This document shows, piece after piece, positions 54,156 to 64,000 of a stretch of 64,000 bases of DNA (position 1 is its first letter; each line of letters starts with the position of its first letter). The translations under genes were made by a program, and so were the position numbers. Location of the stretch: contig NW_025964001.1 in NCBI RefSeq assembly GCF_023055435.1, positions 45,074,001 to 45,138,000 on the forward strand. Direction: 5' to 3'. The notes under the pieces were generated by a model, which was given only the letters and a program-made list of their open reading frames with translations, ran no database searches and was not told where the DNA came from. The stretch comes from Haliotis rufescens (Eukaryota).

Positions 54156-57100
54156 AAAAAAATAAAACCAGGGACGGAAGTTCATACATTTTACGTTTAT
54201 GGATACCAGATGTGAACATTGTTATCAGTTCTGCTTCCTCTGTTGTTAGTGTGAAATGTATACCAAGGCTGATTTCTGGCACAGAGAAGAGCCTCTCGAT
54301 TCGATTAGATCTAATGAGAAGAATTTCGATGGTGCCACCAATTCCTGTATATACAGAAACCACTGGAGATGCCATACAGTCAATACCTTTTGACAGGGTG
54401 CAAGAAATGTACATTTGTTTCGCGAAAAAAAAACGCCCCTCATTCTTCCTTAATCGACTAAAACACGTTAGACTAACAACTACCTTAGCGAATAAACTTC
54501 ATCAATGAAATAGGGCTCGAAAAAACCCAGACTAGTTTCATCGACTTTAGGTCATGGAGTTTGGGTTTCCCCACTAAGGGCCGCGTGTGAGTGAATCTGC
54601 TCCGCGATTAAGGGGGTGACAAATACTTCATGGAAAGACGAATGTTTGGCTTAGTTTGGAAACAGTCATGGGGGAAATAGCATGTTGTCCGGCTTAATCG
54701 ACATAGTGTGAAAGGGTTGATAGGAAAACATCTTTATTTGGACATTTTTTTTCTTCTTGCAGTGTGGTTTTCTCGCCGGAAAAATCACTGAGACCAACAC
54801 AAATTAGTTAATTTTTCTCCAAATAAATGTAATTGAAATTGTAAAGAAGAATATGAAACATAAAATTATATACCATGGTTTATTTATTTGCTAGTATAAA
54901 AATCATAAAAGGAAAGTAACTTTGAATATGAAAATATATCGATTTACTATTAAATAACGCAATGCGTAGTTATGACAAATGCATTGCCTGTTGTACGGAT
55001 AAAGTCCTGGTTGACTACAAATATTTAGTTATTGAAATATTAAATTAAATTGAGGATAAATGATTAAGATTGTAAATGAATTATTAAAATTGTACTTTGT
55101 AACTGATATATTAATGATGATACTTTACAATGATCTTACAATAATATTTTCTTCTGAAAGCGTAACAATGATCCGCTTGTGGATCTTTCTTTTCAGCTTT
55201 GTGATCAATTCCACAATTTATGTTTACCCGGTTTAAACATGGCGTCTACTCAACTTGTCATAATATCGTGTAATGGGCAATAGTTTACTTCCCTTTGCGG
55301 AGATTTGATATTTTGAAATATCATGGTATGGCCTGGAGGTCATAGTTTATGTTTATAGTCTGAGCACCAATCATCAATCACGGCCGTGAATGAGGAGAAA
55401 GGAAAACGCTATCTGCAAAACATATACTGAGTCGACAACGCGACCATTATGACATGATTGATTAAACAGCAAAGCAACACAAATGTTACTTTCTAAATAT
55501 CGTGTTAAATGTTATTGTCTAACAGTAGGGGGGCATTAGTCATGTTATAATTTGGTCTGTAGCGCGGACGCCGAACAAGCATCACGACATCGCTCGGTGA
55601 TGAGTTCGACCTTGATGGAACCCTGTCCAGCGTTAACGTCAAATGCCAGGAAACAAGTATAACGAAGAAACAGCGGTGCGAAGGAAGAAGCCAACCTCAC
55701 ATCAAGTACATCATGTAATATAGATCGAAGATGACCACGGAGAGTCGTTAATGTGGACGGACAATGATGCACCGTCTTTCTTTTAACATGAACAACATTT
55801 TAGTGAATACAAGACAAGGACCTCATCACTGATGCGGATGTGTTTATTATGGTTTGAAGTTCATTTCTAGCGACCTTCATACGTTTTCATGATTCTGGAA
55901 TTAAATACTTGACAACGACTTCTGGTGTATTTTATAGTGCAACTTGCTCTGACACGATTTTGTTTTGTGCAACTTTTTGTAAGCTAAGTAAAGGCATTTG
56001 TTCTTTGTGGCAGTTTCGTTATACATGTATAGGGTGCAACGTTTTGTAAAGCTAAGGAAAGTCCTTGGTGTTTTTAACTCGCACATTCGTTTCTGTAAAG
56101 TCACGTAATGACATTCGCCCTTTTAACACATATACTTTTGTGCTTTATTTTATTTTGCAACTTTTGTAAAGCTATTAAATGGTATTTACTCTTTCCAGCA
56201 TACGTATCTATTTTGTAGAAACACATTGATAAATGCCATCGTTAGAATGTAGTCAGTGTTTCGTTATCAACCTTGGAACATGCCCTGGATGTGCCCTTGA
56301 CGACCCAATTGTGGAAAATGGAACAGTCCATTAAATCACAACTGTCAACCCGATGCAGAAATACTGATAGAAAAATGCCTCGAAACAACATATTTGCAAT
56401 TCATAAGAGTGCCGGCGTAGGGGCCATGTCCCCACACTCGGCGAGGACAGAAGAGCAGCTGAGACAACTCTTGCCAACTATCTTTATTTAGAACCAGAGT
56501 GTGAACCCACGTCCTCTAGGTGTAGCAGACAGACGGTGGTCGCACAGCGGAGGTGCGGAAGCAATGACTACTGACAGGGAACCTTCATTCACTATTAAGT
56601 AGTGGGTAAATAAATCGAAGAACTGAGATCAACAATGCAACTTACTTTTGAAGAGCACGGTATCATTTAAGCCTAGACTATTTATTTCAAAGATGATTAA
56701 GTACCGTTTCGTCTGCAACTGTTACCCATATCAGCTTGTTTCGCGTCCGTCTCGTACTGATAAAGGTCCGCTGCCAATTTATAAATGACAGAAAGCTCAA
56801 TGGAAGGTATTGATAAATGACGAAAAACCTTAGCAGTCTCTATTGAATTAGGGACTACACATACTTTTGTGCGGCCCTAAATGCAGAGGTGAGAGAGTGG
56901 TACATCTCGGAACGGGGTAGCTCAAGTTCAGTATTATCATCGCCAAAGAAAATTGATGATGTGTGTGCCTCACCTGTGACACAGCTCTCTTACAAGGGCA
57001 GCGGCGGTGTAGCCGTGATTGGGCAATTCGTGTAATTACATGAGACCAAGCAATAGTAATATTTGGATGGTTATTCTATCGACTCTGGTGATGATTACAT

Positions 57101-57263
57101 TTCTTCGATCGTACCTGTACTTATAAAGTGTATGATTTCACACAGTGACATTCACAGAAGGCAGCACATGCTCGTTCGTTTAGCGACTACCCGGTGTCAT
57201 CACTGTAACAGTAATTTGTGAATGTTGTTGCTTCCATGTTCTTTAAAGGGAGTTGCTTTTTAT

Positions 57264-57504
57264 ATTTGTTTATTTGTTGTGTAACGCCGCAATCAGCAAT
57301 ATTCCAGCTATATGACGACGAAAATAATCGAGTCTGGACCAGACAATCCGGTGATTCACATCATGCGCATCGATCTTCACAATTGGAATACGATGATACG
57401 ATGCATCAACCAAGACGCCCAGCTTGACCACCCGATCCCGTTAATGGACTCTTACGACAAGCATGGGTTTCTGAAGACCTGTTCTCGCCCGGAATCTTCA
57501 CGGG
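57264..57504 (-). mobile_element. Family B retroposon, copy B6 (single hairpin module)
   Basis: Reverse strand CCCGTGAAGATTCCGGGCGAGAACAGGTCTTCAGAAACCC...GCTGGAATATTGCTGATTGCGGCGTTACACAAC. TSD TGCTTTTTAT (57254-57263 and 57507-57516). Confidence 0.92.
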
Positions 57505-58621
57505 GCTGCTTTTTATGAGTATCTATCATGACGAATCCAGACAGTGACGGTTTATATGTGCATTAAATGTTATAATTTTTATATAAAAATGAATGAGTTC
57601 TACACTATCTTATTTGGTATTCATTTTCATTGTCTAAAATATTGAGGAATTAAATGACAAACTAAAGCAGACTCGCTCACCCACTCACAGCAGCTAAGCA
57701 CGACTTATATGTCATTCAATAGGCTCCATAATCGGAGTCGGGAGAAAGTAATGTATTTCTTTAAAATACGTTTTTCATCGAGAGAAAATATACTTTTACA
57801 AATATGCATGTAATAAAAGTTCATACAATTTCAAGGGTCTGCTCCCCTCAATTTGGGGTCGGTTAGATAATCGGAAACAGTATTATGCTCTTATGGACCT
57901 TCCCGTTCGGTAAATATATTTTTTTGAAATGTAATGTTGGTGAACAAAGGTTTTGAAATGTGGCCATAACGTTAACTACTGATGTCCACAGTGTGATATG
58001 GGTATATCTGACAGTCTGTCGTTATTTAGGGGAGAACGTGAATGGCAGTTTATGGGTCAAAGGAAGTTGTGAAACTGATAAATCTTCCGATTCTACTCAA
58101 ACATATATGGTTTATGTTTCACCAGGCAGCGTACAAATTCCACGTGAGGAAAAACTACCTCTTTTATATTTTCTGTTTCATCACATATTGTCACTCATCC
58201 TTTTTTTCATATTTTACTCTTTTTTTTATTTTGTTCGTTTTATGTTCTAGCGTAATTGGAAGTAGTTAACACGTACAAAAAACTTCATTCTGGGAGCGGA
58301 TATATATCATAGATATATCATATATCTCCCTATACACGACACGCCTTATTGCCGAATGATGGACGCCGGCGATCTGAGCCAGTACCTGTCTCAGTGTATA
58401 TACAATGTGTTCCAGGGGTTTCACGCTATCCATGTTTACACCCAAGTACAAACTTTGCATGTAGAGTTAAGGTCTTAAACTGTCAGAAAGGGGATAGCGT
58501 GAAAATCTATGGAATGAATAATAATAAATAAGTTGTCTGTAAGCCCCAATATCTGTAATGCTATTTATATGTTTCTCCGAAAACGTTATAATACTAATAT
58601 GCCTTTCTTTGGTTGCCTCGC

Positions 58622-60560
58622 CTTGTCGGGCGTCTTGTTTTGTCCTTTCCTCGTTATGCCAGGTGTCGTGTTTTGTCCTTTCCTCGTTATGCCAGGTGTC
58701 ATGTTTTGTCCTTTCCTCGTTATGCCAGGTATCGTGTTTTGTCCTTTCCTCGTTATGCCAGGTGTCATGTTTTGTCCTTTCCTCGTTATGCCAGGTGTCA
58801 TGTTTTGTCCTTTCCTCATTATGCCAGGTGTCGTGTTTTGTCCTTTCCTCGTTATGCCAGGTGTCGTGTTTTGTCCTTTCCTCGTTATGCCAGGTGTCAT
58901 GTTTTGTCCTTTCCTCGTTATGCCAGGTATCGTGTTTTGTCCTTTCCTCGTTATGCCAGGTGTCATGTTTTGTCCTTTCCTCGTTATGCCAGGTGTCATG
59001 TTTTGTCCTTTCCTCATTATGCCAGGTGTCGTGTTTTGTCCTTTCCTCGTTATGCCAGGTGTCGTGTTTCGTCCTTTCCTCGTTATGCCAGGTGTCGTGT
59101 TTTGTCCCTTCCTCGTTATGCAAGGTGTCGTGTTTTGTCCTTTCCTCGTTATGCCAGGTGTCGTGTTTCGTCCTTTCCTCGTTATGTCAGGTGTCGTGTT
59201 TTGTCCTTTCCTCGTGTTTTCAGGTGTCATAGTTCGTCCTTACATCGCGTTGTCAGGTGTCGTGGTTTGTCCTTTCTTCGTGGTGTCGGGTGTCGTGGTT
59301 TTTCCTTTCCTCGTGGTGTCGGGTGTCGTGGTTTTGCCTTTCCTCGTGGTGTTAGGTGTTGTGGTTTGTCCTTTCCTCGTGGTGTTAGGTGTTGTGGTTT
59401 GTCCTTTCCTCGTGGTGTTAGGTGTCGTGGTTTGTCCTTTCTTCGTGGTGTCAGGTGTCGTGGTTTGTCCTTTCCTCGTGGTGTCAGGTGTCGTGGTTTG
59501 TCCTTTCCTCGTGGTGTCGGGTGTTGTGGTTTGTCCTTTCTTCGTGGTGTCGGGTGTCGTGGTTTTTCCTTTCCTCGTGGTGTCAGGTGTCGTGGTTTGT
59601 CCTTTCCTCGTGGTGTCGGGTGTCGTGGTTTGTCCTTTCCTCGTGGTGTCGGGTGTTGTGGTTTGTCCTTTCTTCGTGGTGTCGGGTGTCGTGGTTTGTC
59701 CTTTCTTCGTGGTGTCAGGTGTCGTGGTTTGTCCTTTCCTCGTGGTGTCAGGTGTCGTGGTTTGTCCTTTCCTCGTGGTGTCGGGTGTTGTGGTTTGTCC
59801 TTTCCTCGTGGTGTCAGGTGTCGTGGTTTGTCCTTTCCTCGTGGTGTCAGGTGTCGTGGTTTGTCCTTTCCTCGTGGTGTCGGGTGTTGTGGTTTGTCCT
59901 TTCTTCGTGGTGTCGGGTGTCGTGGTTTGTCCTTTCCTCGTGGTGTCGGGTGTTGTGGTTTGTCCTTTCTTCGTGGTGTCGGGTGTCGTGGTTTGTCCTT
60001 TCCTCGTGGTGTCGGGTGTCGTGGTTTGTCCTTTCCTCGTGGTGTCGGGTGTCGTGGTTTGTCCTTTCCTCGTGGTGTCGGGTGTCGTGGTTTGTCCTTT
60101 CCTCGTGGTGTCAGGTGTCGTGGTTTATCCTTTCTTCGTGGTGTTAGGTGTCGTGGTTTGTCCTTTCCTCGTGGTGTCGGGTGTCGTGGTTTGTCCTTTC
60201 TTCGTGGTGTCGGGTGTCGTGGTTTGTCCTTTCTTCGTGGTGTCGGGTGTTGTGGTTTGTCCTTTCTTCGTGGTGTCGGGTGTCGTGGTTTGTCCTTTCT
60301 TCGTGGTGTCGGGTGTCGTGGTTTGTCCTTTCTTCGTGGTGTCGGGTGTTGTGGTTTGTCCTTTCCTCGTGGTGTCGGGTGTCGTGGTTTGTCCTTTCCT
60401 CGTGGTGTCGGGTGTCGTGGTTTGTCCTTTCTTCGTGGTGTCGGGTGTCGTGGTTTGTCCTTTCTTCGTGGTGTCGGGTGTTGTGGTTTGCCCTTTCTTC
60501 GTGTTGTCAGGTGTCGTGTTTTGTCCTTTTTTCTATTGTCAGATGTCGCGTTTTGTCCTT
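58622..60560. repeat. 33-bp minisatellite (about 58 units) with two sub-arrays
   Basis: Left unit GTCCTTTCCTCGTTATGCCAGGTGTCGTGTTTT (to about 59220) with a 198-bp six-unit repeat (GGTATCGTG at 58728 and 58926). Right unit GTCCTTTC(C/T)TCGTGGTGTCGGGTGTCGTGGTTT. Confidence 0.98.
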
Positions 60561-61474
60561 CGCTTGTGCTGGTGGTCACGTGTAATGGTACTTCTTTTCC
60601 TCTATTTGTCATGTCTCGGATTTTGTCCTTTTCATTACAAAAACTACAGATATCCCTTTGTGAATAACACTTCTGAACAACACTAGGTAAGTATTTAAGT
60701 ACGTCACTTTATAAATAGATAGGAATTACACAAGTTGCCTAAGAACATTTGTGTTACGCACATGTTTTGTCAGAATCGTGATTTTTACAGAAGCATTAGA
60801 CCGACTTCGTTGACAAGAAAAGCACGTTTTATTTCAGAACAACTCAGTATACGTGTCCTGTACTAGGAATAGAGCACGACTCATTTCATTGTCCGTGAAG
60901 AGCAAGCTGTATCTTGTAGACAGGAAGAACTGTGGCACATGTTTGAAGAACAGAAAGAAATTATTGGTTTCGTGTTCAAATTCTCGTCTATACGACTAAA
61001 GCGTGTGGTGCATTAAGTGGTTTCAAGGCGATTACTGTGAACATTAACACGATCAGACACCGATATTCTCCTTCATAGCTGTACCCAGGAGCTTATATCT
61101 AAGATCATCTGTAATGTTGATACGGTATAATTTACCACACTAGGATCAGCATCAAACGTCATGATATTTAAACATTTCAAGACACGTTATTCGTGATTCG
61201 TTAGACGATGTCCCCCAGACAGTATCCAGTCCACCTGAGCAAATGTTTTGCCATTTCTTTACGTCAAAATGATAATAAAAATGTTCACGATGAGATACAT
61301 ATGAAAATACTTATCTCACAATGCAATTTATATCGTGATTTTACATTTTACGATAGTTTTTGACATTTGGAACAAAGCATGGCCCTTGACTCAAGACACA
61401 TACATCGTCCACAATACGACACATCTACCACTCTAGTGTACGATACATTTTTTTGAAATTTCGATATTATTATT

Positions 61475-63192
61475 GTTCATGATCCGACACTTGGTTCACT
61501 ATACGATACTTGGTTCACGATACTACACGTGGTTCACGATACGATATATTGCGGAATATACGACATTTGGTTCGCGATACTACACGTGGTTCACGATACG
61601 ATATATTGTTGAATATACGACATTTGGTTCACGATACTACACGTGGTTCACGATACGATATATTGTTGAATATACGACATTTGGTTCACGATACTACACG
61701 TGGTTCACGATACGATATATTGTTGAATATACAACATTTGGTTCACTATACAACACGTGGTTCACGATACGATATATTGTTGAATATACGACAATTGGTT
61801 CACTATACAACACGTGGTTTACGACACGATATATTGTTGAATATACGACATTTTGTTCACTCTGCTACATGTGGTTCACAATACGATATATTGTTCAATA
61901 TACGATACTTGGTTCACTATACTAGATGTGGTTTACGATACGATATATTGTTCAATATACTAGATGTGGTTTACGATACGATATATTGTTCAATATACGA
62001 TACTTGGTTCACTATACTAGATGTGGTTCACGATACAATATATTGTTCAATATACGATACTTGGTTCACTATACAACACGCGGTTCATGATACGATATAT
62101 TGTTCAATATACGATACTTTGTTCACTATACTAGATGTGGTTCACGATACGATATATTGTTCAATATACGATACTTGGTTCACAATACTAGATGTGGTTC
62201 ACGTTATGATATATTGTTCAATATACGATACTTGGTTCACTATACTAGATGTGGTTCACGATACCATATATTGTTCAATATACGATACTTGGTTCACTAT
62301 ACTAGATGTGGTTCACGATACGATATATTGTTCAATATACGATACTTGGTTCACTATACAACACGCGGTTCATGATACGATATATTGTTCAATATACGAT
62401 ACTTGGTTAACTAAACTAGATGTGGCTCACGATACGATATATTGTTCAATATACATTACTTGGTTCACTATACTAGATGTGGTTCACGATACCATATATT
62501 GTTCAATATACGATACTTGGTTCACTATACTAGATGTGGTAGACGATACCATATATTGTTCAATATACGATACTTGGTTCACTATTCGACACTTTGTTCT
62601 GGACATGGTACTCAGTTCCTGGCACAATCTACTGTTCATGATATCACACTTGATTCACGATATCACACTTGGTTCATGACATCACACTTGGTTCACGATA
62701 TCACATTTGGTCCACGATGGTTCACGATATCACAGTTGGTTAATGATATCACACTTGGTTCACGATATCACTCATGGTTCACGATATCAGAATTGGTTCA
62801 CGATATCACGCTTGGCTCACGATATAACACTTGGTTCACGATATCATACTTTTAGTTCACGATACCACACTTGGTTCACGATGTCACACTTTGTTCACGA
62901 TATCACACTTTTAGTTCACGATATCACACTTGGTTCACGATGTCACACTTTGTTCACGATATCACACTTTTAGTTCACGATATCACACTTGGTTCACGAT
63001 ATCACACTTTTGGTTCACGATATCACACTTTTGGTTCACGATACGATATATTGTTCAATATACATCACGATTCACGATACGATACGTTATTCAATATACG
63101 ACATCTGGTTCACGATACAATATATTTTACAGTATACGATACTTGGTTTGCGATACGATATATTGTTAACTGTACGATACTTGGTTCACGAG
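61475..63192. repeat. 19-bp monomer satellite with 57-bp trimeric higher-order unit
   Basis: GTTCACGATACGATATATT + GTTCAATATACGATACTTG + GTTCACTATACTAGATGTG (57 bp) to about 62590. Monomeric GGTTCACGATATCACACTT from about 62630 to 63040. Confidence 0.96.
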
Positions 63193-64000
63193 AAGATATT
63201 TTCTATGACATTTTGTTGAGGATACACATCTCGTGGGACACTTTGCTCATGAAACATAACATACCACAATACGAAAAATATATATATCATACACAACTTC
63301 GCGGAGAAACTCAATTCTTTCATCTTTAAACATAAAGAAAAACAACATTAACTCATTAGTTAGATATTTCAAGAAATGAATAAATACTAGAATACGCCAA
63401 GACTAGATTAGACTGAACACGTGACTAATGTTGACAACTACCCTTGTTATATGTTATCAATATTCGGCACTTCTATATTGTATCGACAAGATACATGTTG
63501 CAGTATCCAGATGCACCAACAAATTTGTCATACTCGCTACATCTGTATTAACAGACTGACGCGGTTCACGTGATGTCACCAAGTACGTGGACTATACTTT
63601 CGGCTGTCGTGGGGTGAGCAGGGATTCAAGCTAATTATACGCTTGAAAGGAACCAGGAGCAGCACATGTTTCGCAGCATTGTCACCCCGACACACCGACA
63701 AGAATGCTCCCTGTTAATAATACCAGTGTACACCATGCGCATTCACTGTAAACATTTAGTACTCGAACCAAGTTTACCATGGCCCTTGTCCTTTACCTTA
63801 GTTGGTGCGTGTCTAATGTTTTAGTAGTTCAGCATTGCACGAATAGGACTAAGTGAAGGTACTATTTCAGCCGGATGGTTAATAAAAGTTTGATAACTGC
63901 TCACGAAATGAGGTTCTACATTCACACCTTGTCAGACAGCCAACGCTCAGTTGTGTTTTAGTCTTGAACGCTAGTTCCTCCATACGGGGTGTTAAGTCAA

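Noticed and set aside
58467-60686. Basic PRHPTPRRKDK-repeat ORF (461 aa, protamine-like look) and overlapping ORFs
   Set aside because: Several frames on both strands are equally open across the minisatellite, with no unique domain or evidence favouring one frame.

Overview
AT-rich eukaryotic (animal) genomic DNA. I cannot identify any protein-coding gene, rRNA, true tRNA or CRISPR array, so the window reads as intergenic or intronic sequence. From recollection of its short-repeat families it most resembles a gastropod mollusc such as abalone; that is an inference I could not test. About 14 kb (over a fifth) is eight unrelated minisatellite arrays (units 38, 39, 20, 30/33, 12, 31, 33 and 19/57 bp), which produce all the very long ORFs in the track. 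Two short retroposon families are present: family A, a tRNA-Asp-like SINE with an (ACTC)n tail (4 copies plus a tail fragment), and family B, a headless element of about 250-290 bp with an (AAAC)n tail (6 copies). The two share the same 3' terminal segment. There is also an approximately 815-bp element with a long terminal hairpin and a 14-bp inverted repeat pair, and a 184-N assembly gap. The best leads are: (1) the fixed, potentially pseudoknotted 5' end of family B with 1-3 hairpin modules; (2) a minimal Penelope-type hammerhead ribozyme motif with a U3-A8 core at 28992-29029; (3) two family B copies nested in older relatives of themselves, one of which seeded a minisatellite; (4) the hairpin element at 42715-43527. 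None is proven novel without database searches.
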